A stretch of DNA of 64,000 nt from the human T2T-CHM13v2.0 reference genome, Homo sapiens. The stretch's first letter is position 1; each line of letters begins with the position of its first letter. The position numbers and the translations under genes are program-made. Below are positions 28,819 through 40,672 of this stretch, in pieces. Under the pieces are notes generated by a model. It did not search any database, was not told the DNA's origin, and saw only the letters and a list, made by a program, of their open reading frames with translations. The stretch lies in NCBI RefSeq assembly GCF_009914755.1, contig NC_060937.1; one strand, written 5' to 3'.

Positions 28819-29118
28819 ACCAGGTGCGGTGGCTCATGCCTGTACTCCCAGCACTTTGGGAGGCTGAGGTGGGCGGATCACTCGAGGAGCTGGAGACCCA
28901 CCTGGCCAATATGGCAAAACTCTGTCTCTACTAAGTTAAAAAAAACTTAGTCTGGCATGGTGGTGGCAGGCTAATTTTGTAATCCCAGCTACTCAGGAGG
29001 CTGAGGCAGGAGAATCGCTTGAGCCCAGGAGACAGAGGTTGCCGTGAGCCAAGCTTATGTCACTGCACTCCAGCCTGGGTGAGAGAGTGAAACTCTGTCT
29101 CAAAAAAAAAAAAAAAAA
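28819..29118 (+). mobile_element. Alu (old S/J)
   Basis: Full dimer with poly(A); aatga on both flanks. Confidence 0.9.
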
Positions 29119-29224
29119 GAATGAGTTTCTTCAAGAGAGAAATTGTACCTTGTTCATGTCCATCATTCCCATGCATAACATGGTTCCATAAGAACTCAGT
29201 CCTTATGAAACTCCACTCAGTAAG

Positions 29225-29278
29225 GACTCAGTTTTTTCAGAATGAACAGACCAAGTAAGAGCAATTACTTATTGTCAT
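29225..29278 (+). repeat. 54-bp dispersed direct repeat, copy 1 (copy 2 at 33137-33190)
   Basis: gactcagttttttcagaatgaacagaccaagtaagagcaattacttattgtcat; 52/54 identical to copy 2. Confidence 0.9.
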
Positions 29279-30833
29279 GTAGCTCAGATGAGAAAGGGCT
29301 GGGATTTGAGAAAAGGCTCTATTACTGCATAGGATCCGGATGGATGGATTCCATCACAGATGTAAAGCAAGACTACAGTAGTGTGTCCAACAAGATCGAG
29401 TGATAGCAGGTTGTAGTGCAGGTAAGTAGATATCCACGAAGGGTGGCAAATGAAGTGTTGACCTGTCCAAACAGACGGATGCAGTACAAGACAATTTATC
29501 CTTACAAGAAAGATAGCAAATTGGAATTAGGAATATTTGTCATTTCAGAGGAGGGTCCAAGACAATGGTCCAGGATCCAGGACTGGGGAACCCCTTCCTG
29601 AGGACAATGACAGGTAACAAAAAAGGATCAAGCTGAAGCTCAGAAATCAGACTTGGGTGCCGGGAGAGGAGACTAAGGAACAGACTGAGATCCACTTACC
29701 AGACCCAGGGTATTGTCTCTGCATTAGCTCAGAGACAAAGAAAAATGATGAAACCACAGCTGGCAGACACGTAGTCATGTAAATCTCCTTAGCATCATTG
29801 CAGGATTCGTGCTGAAAGTCAAGGCAATGGTGAAGCTGCAGGAAGGCTGTAGGTGGTCATAGCTCAGGAAGGAAGGGTCTTTCAGAGACTAGAAACTAGG
29901 TCTGAGCTAAAACATTTGCAATCTTGGATTTCTTTGGGGATGTTCATTCTACTAAAAAACCAACACCAATTTAATTTCCTGATGTTTATTTTGGGAGGTT
30001 TACAAGAATTAATTTCCTTGGAACTGATTTTTTTAAACATCCATTATAGAAAATTATTTTTCTCACTTGTGAACACCTCTGAAAAAGAAGTATTATTTAT
30101 AAAAGTTGGTACCTGTTGAACTATTAGAGTTGTGGGGAAAAGCCTTTACAGGGTTCACAAGAAAAAGACTTCTCCAACTATGACTTACAGATGTACTCTT
30201 AAAATAATGACTTGACATATTTATATGTATACCGTTAGTTTAATGTCTTACCTAATCATCCAACAAACTAATTCAATGTTGTTTGCGATGCATTAAATGA
30301 ACAAAAGATAAACTGGGTATTAGAGAATCCAGAGAGCCTAGTGGCCCATGAAATCACTGGATTTGCAAAGTTATTTTCTCTTCAGCGCTGTGCACTATCT
30401 CAGAACAAAATCTGTTGGCAAAGCACTTTATTGGCAACCAATGGGTTAGAATATAGAGACATTAGGAATGCCACATGGGGTCCAACCAATGCTCCATCCA
30501 GGCCAGCCTAGTGCAAAAGCAACATGAGAGGATTTTGGAGAGCGAGGTTGCCCGATGTGGTATCAGTTTGTAGTGTTGGAATTATTTAAAATATCTTCCC
30601 AAAATCATTTTGTGAACTAACATGTAACTCTAATCTATCATTTCAGACAAATCCCTTGATTTTTTCCCACAGCTCTCCCTCTTTGTGTTAGAGTTCCATA
30701 AATGTAATGCCCACTATGTGAAGAGAAAATTAACATTCCCCTTTTTCTACTTGCAGACTTCCAAACATTTCCTGAAACCTTAAACTCTTACTGATTCTTT
30801 AAACTGTCCCCATTCCACTTTTCTCTGCAGCAA

Positions 30834-30997
30834 GTAGCTCTCAATGTGTAGTCCTCAGATGGGCAGCATCCACTGGAAAACTGCTAGAAATGCACATTCT
30901 CAGGCCTCACCCAAGATCTGCTGAATCAGAAGCTCTGGGGTGGAACCCAACAACCTGCATTTTAACAAGCCTTCCAGATGACTCTGAAGCATGCTCC
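30834..30997. mobile_element. MER5A
   Basis: gctagaaatgcacattctcaggcctcaccca...gaatcagaagctctggggtgg...ttttaacaagcc. Confidence 0.75.
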
Positions 30998-31201
30998 ATA
31001 CTGATAACTAATGCAATGCATTATGGTAAATTTGCCCACCCACCCTCTGGCAAAAATAACATCTAATTGCATTTACTTTTTAGTTTGATGAGTACTTATC
31101 TCGGTATCTTTTAATTCACCTGATGTTTCTGTTGGTAACAAAACCAACAAAAACATTGTAAATTTGGTACACTGAAATGCAAAATAAGAGTGAAGGAGAG
31201 G

Positions 31202-32656
31202 GCTCTCCCTCTCCCTCTCCTTCTCCCTCTCCCTCTCCCCATGGTCTCCCTCTCCCTCTCTTTCCACGGTCTCCCTCTGATGCCGAGCCGAAGCTGGACT
31301 GTACTGCTGCCATCTCAGCTCACTGCAACCTCCTTGCCTGATTCTCCTGCCTCAGCCTGCCGAGTGCCTGCCATTGCAGGCGCGCACCGCCACGCCTGAC
31401 TGGTTTTCGTATTTTTTTGGTGGAGACGGGGTTTCGCTGTGTTTGCCGGGCTGGTCTCCAGCTCCTAACCGCGAGTGATCCGCCAGCCTCGGCCTCCGGA
31501 GGTGCCGGGATTGCAGACGGAGCCTCGTTCACTCAGTGCTCAATGGTGCCCAGGCTGGAGTGCAGTGGCGTGATCTCGGCTCGCTACAACCTCCACCTCC
31601 CAGCCTCCTGCCTTGGCCTCCCAAAGAGCCGAGATTGCAGCCTCTGCCCGGCCGCCACCCCGTCTGGGAAGTGAGGAGCGTCTCTGGCCGGCCGCCACCC
31701 CGTCTGGGAAGTGAGGAGCGTCTCTGCCCGGCCGCCTATCGTCTGAGATGTGGGGAGCGCCTCTGCCCGGCCGCGACCCCGTCTGGGAGGTGAGGACCGT
31801 CTCTGCCCCGCAACCGCCGCGTCTGAGAAGGGAGGAGACCCTCGGCCCGGCAGCCGCCCCGTCTGAGAAGTGAGGAGCGTCTCCACCCGGCAGCCACCCC
31901 GTCCGGGAGGGAGGTGGGGGATCAGGCCCCGCCAGGCCAGCCGCCCCGTCTGGGAGGGAGGTGGGGGGGTCAGCCCCCCGCCTGGCCAGCCGCCCCGCCC
32001 GGGAGGTGAGGGGCGCCTCTGCCCGGCCGCCCCTACTGGGAGGTGAGGAGCCCCTCTGCCCGGCCACCACCCCGTCTGGGAGGTGTACCCAACAGCTCAT
32101 TGAGAACGGGCCATGATGACAATGGCGGTTTTGTGGAATAGAAAGCGGGGAAAGGTGGGGAAAAGATTGAGAAATCGGATGGTTGCCATGTCTGTGTAGA
32201 AAGAAGTAGACATGGGAGTCTTTTCATTTTGTTCTGTACTAAGAAAACTTCTGTCTTGGGATCCTGTTGATCTGTGACCTTACCCCCAACCCTGTGCTCT
32301 CTGAAACATGTGCTGTGTCCACTCAGGGTTGAATGGATTAAGGGCGGTGCAAGATGTGCTTTGTTAAACAGATGCTTGAAGGCAGCATGCTCGTTAAGAG
32401 TCATCACCACTCCCTAATCTCAAGTACCCAGGGACACAAACACTGCGGAAGGCCGCAGGGTCCTCTGCCTAGGAAAACCAGAGACCTTTGTTCACTTGTT
32501 TATCTGCTGACCTTCCCTCCACTATTGTCCTGTGACCCTGCCAAATCCCCCACTGCGACTTCCCTCCACTATTGTCCTGTGACCCTGCCAAATCCCCCTC
32601 TGCGAGAAACACCCAAGAATGATCAATAAAAAAATAAAATAAAATAAAATAAAAAA

Positions 32657-32691
<35 letters not shown>
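31202..32691 (+). mobile_element. Full-length SVA retrotransposon (SVA_C/D-like), about 1.5 kb
   Basis: (CCCTCT)n head, antisense Alu-like region, GC-rich VNTR (about 31640-32090), SINE-R, AATAAA and (AAAT)n tail. 16-bp TSD aagagtgaaggagagg at 31186-31201 and 32692-32707. Confidence 0.97.
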
Positions 32692-33136
32692 AAGAGTGAA
32701 GGAGAGGACACTGGTAGTGAAATCAACAACTATAAAGCAGTTTGGGGCAATTCAGTTTAGGGACAGGCATTATATCTCAAAAATCCAGTGAGCATCACAT
32801 TATAAAAGCACAGCTCCAAAGGTGATGATTTCATGTGAGGACCCTTCAGTCACAAAGAGAGGATTAGCTCACGTTCATTATTTCCAAATTTCCCTCACCA
32901 AAGCACAGATTATTAAGGCATTTTTGCGACATTTTTATCAAAATGAAAATGTGTTTGACAATGGAGCAAACTGAGATATATGAAATATTTACTTGTTTGA
33001 ATATCTGAAGATACTAGAAATGTGTCCTTAATTTACTCTGTCTTATATGAAATGTAAACCAATGCTATCCATTAGCTTCTAAACATGTTCCAACTGATGC
33101 ATGTTGCAACTGTTCCAGCCCTGTTGCATAGGACAA

Positions 33137-33190
33137 GACTCAGTTTTTTCAGAATGAGCAGACCAAGTAAGACCAATTACTTATTGTCAT
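33137..33190 (+). repeat. 54-bp dispersed direct repeat, copy 2
   Basis: gactcagttttttcagaatgagcagaccaagtaagaccaattacttattgtcat. Confidence 0.9.
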
Positions 33191-36179
33191 TGAAGTTTGT
33201 GGTTTTTGTTCAAATTTTATAAGCGTACAATATAATGTGTTTAATCATCATGGTGGCCACTTTTTATACATAGCTTTTTAAAAACTTAAATGCAAACTTC
33301 ACAACCTTTGCCTCATACTGAATGTGGCCTCATAACAAGCCCTCCAGATGAGTCAGTACTAGTAGAAGTCTGATTTCACATTCCATGAGTGTTTGCTGAA
33401 GGAGAATGTATGTGCCTGTGTTCTGCTGGGCATTTCTGAAGGATATTGACAAGCACAGCATATAAATCCTAGGCTAGCTGTGTCACAGATTGGCACAATA
33501 GCAGAAAGAATATCTCTGAGAATTTACATCCCGGCAGAGGCAAATCAATCAGTCAACTATGGAGTAAAACATTGTTAAATTCAATTGGAAAAAAAAGTTG
33601 AAATTTTCTCATATGCTTTGTCATCTAATATCTGTGTTTTTCTCCGTTCAGTTACTCTTCTCTGGATTTCAAATAGAATTTCTAATAATAAACGTGTACC
33701 AATTCTATCATCAAGCTGTTTATGTTCTTTACATTTCTGTTCTTGATAATTATATGCTAGTCTTTGAATATGAAGATAATGCTTCTGACCCAATATTCAT
33801 AATGCATGTGCCTCGAGTTGTTATTTTTTGCAAGAGAAATAAGTTTATTTTGATCTGATGCACTTTCTTTCCCAGTCTTCATGTGACCAGCAGCACCAAC
33901 TGCAAGACTGTCTGTCACCTGAGTGTGGCTTGCAACCAAGCACATGTGGGAATTCAGTGAAGGCCCCTGCCTTCACCTCATTATCAACAGGAACCAGCCA
34001 AAGACAGTGGTCACTCTTTATCCATGTAAATAGACACCGTAATTTATTTTCAAAAAAATCCAAAGGAAAAAATTTAAGGCCATTGTAATACCAGAAATCT
34101 GCACTGTGAGTACTTGGAAGATGACAGTTGATAAAGCTGGGAGGTTTACAATGACTAGATTGTCAGAAGGGGTTAAATGTATGTTCTAATAGTAAGAGAA
34201 CAAGAAAAAAGAATGACCTGGTGATGTGTAAATTTAAAATACAGTGGTACATTTTAGGAAAACCAAAAATCAATCCATGAACTTTGAAATGAAGGGAGAT
34301 AGTTCTGAGAGATCTAGAGGAACTGGACTTGAGATCCAAGATTACAATTTACTCAATTTTTTTATAGATACTTTAAGTATGGAAAATTTAATTTTATTCT
34401 TACAGATAGTAAGGTATAATACAGAATATAAAGTCCATTAAATTAAGGTGGTTATAGATCCTGGTTTTCTTGACACTCTTATATCATGCTGATGGTTCCT
34501 GTGTGAATATTAACATTACCCCCTTCAATTCACAAGTGTCTTGCGCTGTGTGTGTGTGTGCGTGCACGCATGCCTGTGTAGCTTTTGGTTTTATTCTGGT
34601 TTGTTTTGCAAAAATGAAATAATAGCAAACATGTGATCCTGAAACTTTCTTCACTGAATACGTATCTTAGAATCTTTATTTTTCTTATTATTCAAAATAA
34701 TTCATTTTTTAACCTACTACTTACTCATCATTAAATATAGTTATTTAATCCCCTTTTAAAACCATTTGAATTGTTTTAAATTTTGTCCTACTGCAAATAA
34801 TTTCATCATATTCTTTTAACCTATAACTGCACATATGTTTTAGTATTTCTGTAGGTTAAATTTTTGGAAATGGTATCAGATCAAAAAAGTTAACATTAAA
34901 GTCATAATCAATATTCCCAAATGTAGACACATTTTTGAATCTTCAATTTAATCACTTTCATAAAATTTCAACTTTCCTTAATAATACTTCCAATTTAAAC
35001 TAAGGAGCTTTAATTGTTTAGGACCACAAAGATTTCTATCAGAGGGAGGACAAAACATGAAATATTTTGTTTTGTAATTTATTTGTTGCAAAAAACATCA
35101 CTGCTGTTTGGAAATTGAGAAACTGTCCAAACAAGTACACTATGGACAACAAATGTCGTGAACTGCCTGTCCACACTGAGGTTTGAGAGCCACAGGAGAC
35201 TTGAGACTTCTTCTAAGACAGTTTAAAGAAGTCTCATTTATTTGTCTTTTTATACAACGTAGCAAATCAATATATTAAATAATATAAGAACATCAAGTTT
35301 TCTTACATATAAAACTAGAGTAACCTATCAAACAAAGCTGTTCCACGTAACTGAGAACTCATTAACCCTGAGGTCCTAGGACTATATGAAGTTAGTGCAA
35401 TAGCAGGCAATAGCCTGTCATGTGCAACTAGGGCTGCTGGTGGGGAAAAGTACAACATCCCAGATTCGTCAGTGATGTGGCTGGATTGTTGTGTGTGAGA
35501 AATGCACCAGCCCTGACTCAGAGATGCCCTCTCTTACTCATCTTCCTGTCATTCTGGTGCTGAACACCTGTGCCCACCCATAGTGACCTGTGACCAAGGG
35601 CATGGGCACAAACACCTTCCCTATCTCCCTGTCTTTTTTCTTTCCCTCTTTTCCCTTTATTCATTCCACTATCCTTCTTCCTCCCCCTGACAACCCCAAC
35701 TCTTTTCATATCATCAACAAATGGCAAGTACAGGCCCTGAGGAAGACACAGATGACTAAGACAGAGCTTCTGCCCTTGAAAAGCCCCTGATCTAGTCTGG
35801 GAGACTGACATATAATCAGAGGATCAGACAGCCTGATGAATACCATGATCATGTGCCTGACACCTTAGAGTAAAGAAAATGTGGCAACTCATGTTGCTAG
35901 GAGAAATCAGGACAGCTTTGCAGAGCACCCGGCGTTTGTGATGTGTCTGCAAGTTCATTGTCTTTGAGTGTAGGAAACCACCGTTGGAGCATATAGGCTG
36001 GACCTAGGAACACTGGGCTCTGCACCAAACACAGGCTCCTGAATGGAAGATAGGAGACATTGTCACTGTCCTTAGTCCCTGCCCTGGCTTGCCTAGAAGG
36101 CAATAAATTAAGTTGTTATAGGTGGTGTGTACTTGTACCTAAAGATGTCACTGCTAGCTGAGGGGAAATAAGCCCCTGA

Positions 36180-36490
36180 AGATTGTTAGGGCAGTGAAAT
36201 TATTCTTTAAGATACTGTTATGGGAAATATATGACATAATGCATTTAGCAAAGCCCATAGAACCGTACAACACAGGGACTAAATCCTAATATAAACTGTG
36301 GATGTTAGTTAATCATAATGCATGAATATTGGTTCATCAGTTGTAACAAATGTGCCACACCAACACAAAATGTTAACAATAGGAAAAACCAGAGGCTGGT
36401 TGGGGACGAGAGTATACAGGAACCCCATATATTTTGCTCACATTTTCTGAAAACCTAAAACTGGTCTAAAAATCAAAGTCTATTAATTTT
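36180..36490 (+). mobile_element. L1MC1/2-type 3' end
   Basis: agggcagtgaaattattct...cccatagaaccgtacaacac...gtaacaaatgtgccacac...aacctaaaactg. Confidence 0.7.
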
Positions 36491-36669
36491 TTTAAACACC
36501 TTGAAACAGTATATCTATTAGTTCCCTGCCTTTGTGAAAATAAGAGCAGACTTTTGGTTTTTCTTCTTTAGGACAAGAATTATATTTTTATAATAACTCC
36601 TCCATTACTTTTGATATATCTAATTATTTCTTTAATAACTGGATCAAACACTTTAATATTAATGAAGGT

Positions 36670-37570
36670 AGAGCCAATAGGATATCCTGGTAGATTGGAA
36701 GAGACAGTGAGAGAAACAGAGGCATAAAGGATGATGCTGAAGTTTTTGGCTTGAGCAAGAAGAAGCAGGGCTGCTACTAGGGTGAGCCAAGTGAGATGTT
36801 GAGGGCATACAATTTAAGGAGGCCCTTGCATAGCCATGCAAAAGCAAGGTCAGCACTTCCTTGATGCTCTGAATGCCTTAAAGTTTGTGCCTAAGTGGTT
36901 GGCTTACTTCACTCTTGTCCTAGTCCTGACTGGATCAATGGTATCACCATCCACTGAGTTGGGGCAGGCTGAGCAGAAGCAAATTTGGGGAGGCTGGATT
37001 GAATATAGAAGCTTGGTTCCGGACATGTTGACTTTGAGATGGCCATTGAACATTCAAGTGTAGACATCCGGTACTCAGCTGGATCTCTGAGTCTATATCT
37101 CAGGAAAGAGGCTGAGACTAAAGTTATGTATTTAGAAGTTATCACAAGACTAAATGAACTCATGAAGAAAGTGAGTGTGAATGGATAGTTAGATGGATAA
37201 GGGAAGAGTTTCAAGGCCTGAGCCATGAAATACTTCTATTTGTCAGAAAGAAAAAGAGGAGCCAGCAAGGAACCTTGAAAAAGAGCAGGCAATAAGAAAA
37301 GGAACACTGGCAGTGTGTATTCCTGGAAGACAAGACAATGCTTCAAGGAGTAGAGAGTAATAAGTTGTGTTTCATGCTGCTAGAGTTGAGTTAGACAAAG
37401 CTTGAAACTAGAACTTTGGTATTAGTAGCATTGAGGTCATCGACGATGTTGACTAAAACAGTTTTGGTGGAGGGATGACAACAGAAGCCTGGACAGAGTG
37501 CACTGAAGAGAGAAGAAGAGAGGAGAGAAATTTGATTCTGCATATACATAAAACTCTTTCAAGGTCTTCT
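36670..37570 (-). mobile_element. L2 fragment (interrupted by MER91)
   Basis: aggatgatgctgaagtttttggcttgagcaa...ggacatgttgactttgagatg...tgaggtcat...cagttttggtggagggatga. Confidence 0.65.
36766..36928. mobile_element. MER91-like hAT-Tip100 MITE
   Basis: Inverted termini cagggctgctactagggtgag ... cttgtcctagtcctg. Confidence 0.55.
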
Positions 37571-38376
37571 TTTAGAAAGAGGAAGGAAGATAGAGAGAGA
37601 GACAGACAGACAGAGTGAGAGAGATGAGAGAGAAGCCAGAGGGGGAAGAGAGGTCCAGAATTTAATACTTTCCCAGTTTTTCCAACTTGCATCTCAACCC
37701 CTTATGTCTGGGTTTTAGCAGTGGATACTTTGAGATTCTAATATTTATCTCCTCAGAAGGTGAGATGCAGAAGAAGAGATAGGAAATTGAGATAATAACT
37801 ACTTTCTTCTGATGGGTGGGAAAAATTCTATATGAGAATTTTTCTACCAAGACACATGTGAAAGGAAGTGGCAACATGTGGCAATTCATCTAAGATCAGC
37901 AACTTTTTTTCTCTGTTTGAATTTGTTGATTTGGAAGGTATTTGTCTAGCTCTGCAACAGAATCATTACTTGCTCTACCAACTTTTCTAAAGTCTCACAT
38001 GCTGATGCCAGTTAAGAAAGAATACATTTTAGTCTGTCAACTTTTGCTTACAAAAGAGGTTCTAAAAGTGTGTTCCAATGTAATTTGAACACTCTTTCAA
38101 GATGGTGCATATTTTAGTAGGTCCACAGAACAGTAAATATAACTTGATAATCACCCCAAACATTTCTTGAATTGGGAAATCGAATTGGCAGGTTTGCATA
38201 ATAAAGGGCTAAAATTATGAACCACACAAGATTTGCCTGAAACTTGATTGTTCAGGCTCACAATTCTCTACTGAATACTCTTGTGCTTGCTTTTGTATTT
38301 ATCCATTTTCATGTAACTGCTTAGAGCAGACATTTCTTTTTTAAATCTTTTTTCATAAAAATAAATTTTAATAAAT

Positions 38377-39594
38377 ATGCCGGCGGATGGTAGGGATGCC
38401 GACCCTACCGAGAAGCAGGTGGCAGAAACAGAGAGAAACGATGAGGAGCAGTTCGAATGCCAGGAACGGCTCAAGTGCCAGGTGCAGGTGGGGGCCCCCG
38501 AGGAGGAGGAGGAGGAGGAGGACGCGGGCCTGGTGGCCGAGGCCGAGGCCGTGGCTGCCGGCTGGATGCTCGATTTCCTCTGCCTCTCTCTTTGCCGAGC
38601 TTTCCGCGAAGACCGCTCCAAGGACTTCTGCAGGACCCGCAACAGCGCAGAGGCTACTATTCACGGACTATCCAGTCTAACAGCTTACCAGTTGAGAATG
38701 ATATACGTATGTCAGTTTTTGACAAGAATTGCAGCAGGAAAAACCCTTGATGCACAGTTTGAAAATGATGAACGAATTACACCCTTGGAATCAGCCCTGA
38801 TGATTTGGGGTTCAATTGAAAAGGAACATGACAAAGTTCAAGAAGAAATACAGAATTTAATTAAAATTCAGGCTATAGCTGTTTGTATGGAAAATGGCAA
38901 CTTTAAAGAAGCAGAAGAAGTCTTTGAAAGAATATTTGGTGATCCAAATTCTTACATGCCTCTCAAAAGCAAATTGCTTGTGATAATCTCTCAGAAAGAT
39001 ACATTTCATTCCTTTTTTCAACACTTCAGCTACAACCACATGATGGAGAAAATTAAGAGTTATGTGAATTATGTGCTAAGTGAAAAATCATCAACCTTTC
39101 TAATGAAGGCAGCAGCAAAAGTAGTAGAAAGTAAAAGAACAAGAACAATAACTTCTCAAGATAAACCTAATGGTAATTATGTTGAAATGGAAACTGAAGC
39201 TAATTTGGATACAAGAAAAAGGTCTCACAAGAATCTTTTCTTATCTAAGTTGCAACATGGAACCCAGCAACAAGACCTTAATAAGAAAGAAAGAAGAGTA
39301 GGAACTCCTCAAAGTACAAGAAAGAAAAAAGAAAGCAGAAGAGCCACTGAAAGCAGAATAACTGTTTCAAAGAGGCAACCGGTAACTCCTGAAAAACATC
39401 GAGCTAGAAAAAGACAGTCATGGCTTTGGGAAGAAGACAGGAATTTGAGATCTGGCGTGAGGAAATATGGAGAGGGAAACTGGTCTAAAATACTACTGCA
39501 TTATAAATTCAACAACCGGACAAGTGTCATGTTAAAAGACAGATGGAGGACCATGAAGAAACTAAAACTGATTTGCTCAGACAGCGAAGACTGA
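38377..39594 (+). CDS. Uninterrupted 405-aa TRF1/PIN2-like ORF (acidic region, TRFH, Myb/telobox); expression unproven
   Basis: No stop or frameshift; ATG supplied by the TSD with A at -3; Myb motif WLWEEDRNLRSGVRKYGEGNWSKIL...VMLKDRWRTMKKL intact. Confidence 0.5.
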   Translation: MPADGRDADPTEKQVAETERNDEEQFECQERLKCQVQVGAPEEEEEEEDAGLVAEAEAVAAGWMLDFLCLSLCRAFREDRSKDFCRTRNSAEATIHGLSSLTAYQLRMIYVCQFLTRIAAGKTLDAQFENDERITPLESALMIWGSIEKEHDKVQEEIQNLIKIQAIAVCMENGNFKEAEEVFERIFGDPNSYMPLKSKLLVIISQKDTFHSFFQHFSYNHMMEKIKSYVNYVLSEKSSTFLMKAAAKVVESKRTRTITSQDKPNGNYVEMETEANLDTRKRSHKNLFLSKLQHGTQQQDLNKKERRVGTPQSTRKKKESRRATESRITVSKRQPVTPEKHRARKRQSWLWEEDRNLRSGVRKYGEGNWSKILLHYKFNNRTSVMLKDRWRTMKKLKLICSDSED

Positions 39595-39942
39595 TTGTGT
39601 TTCTAAAAGCTTTATGAAAGGACAGTTAAGTATTTTGATCACTGCATTTTGTTTGAAACTTGTGTCATTGATGTATTTTAAAACTTCTGTTTAAAGCATT
39701 ACAGTATTTTTCTGTGACCATCAATTAATATGAGGGTTTGTGCTATAAGAGTTAAAGCATATGCTATCATTGTATTCTTTAAGAACTTTATTTTGATAAA
39801 ATGTAAATTTGTTGAACCCTGCCACATTTAGTATCCCCACCCCCAAAACCTGTTCCAATGAAAAAATTAAAACCTGTTATGAAAAAAAAAATTCAGTTAA
39901 CCTATTTTGTGTCTGTAGGCTGACCTCAACCCTGTAATGTAA

Positions 39943-40251
<309 letters not shown>

Positions 40252-40466
40252 TAAAATGAATTTTCTAGATGATTGAATAACAGTAGTCCTTTGATAGGAG
40301 ATAATGACTTGGTTTATGGCCTTAATATACTACTTAATTACTTAAGATGTTTATTAATAGAATGATAAATGTACAGAGTAACCTATAAGTGTGACATACT
40401 TTTGCTTTCAGTAGTTTCATGTAAAGAAAAAAACTTGAAAATAGATTACTATTAACCTGAGGACCC

Positions 40467-40672
40467 ATGGGAATAACAGACACTGGGGAGGTAGGGTGGG
40501 GAGCGGGAACAAGAGCTGAAAAACTACCTACTGTGGACTCTGCTCACTACCTGGGTGACAGGATCATCCATACCCTAAACCTCAACATCACACAGTACAC
40601 CCAGCTAACAAACCTGCCCAAGTGTTCCCTGAATCTAAAAAAGAATCAAAATAATTGTTTAAAAAAAGAAAA
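40467..40672 (+). mobile_element. L1PA(old)/L1PB 3' end within the TERF1 3' UTR
   Basis: aacagacactgggg...gaaaaactacctact...gctcactacctgggtgacaggatc...aacaaacctgc...cctgaatctaaaa. Confidence 0.75.

Noticed and set aside
31640-32090. Regularly spaced repeats of about 37-50 bp resembling an array
   Set aside because: Standard SVA VNTR with no unique spacers; eukaryotic DNA, not a CRISPR array.
31190-32729. Multiple overlapping ORFs up to 186 aa
   Set aside because: Derived from the non-coding SVA Alu-like, VNTR and SINE-R regions.
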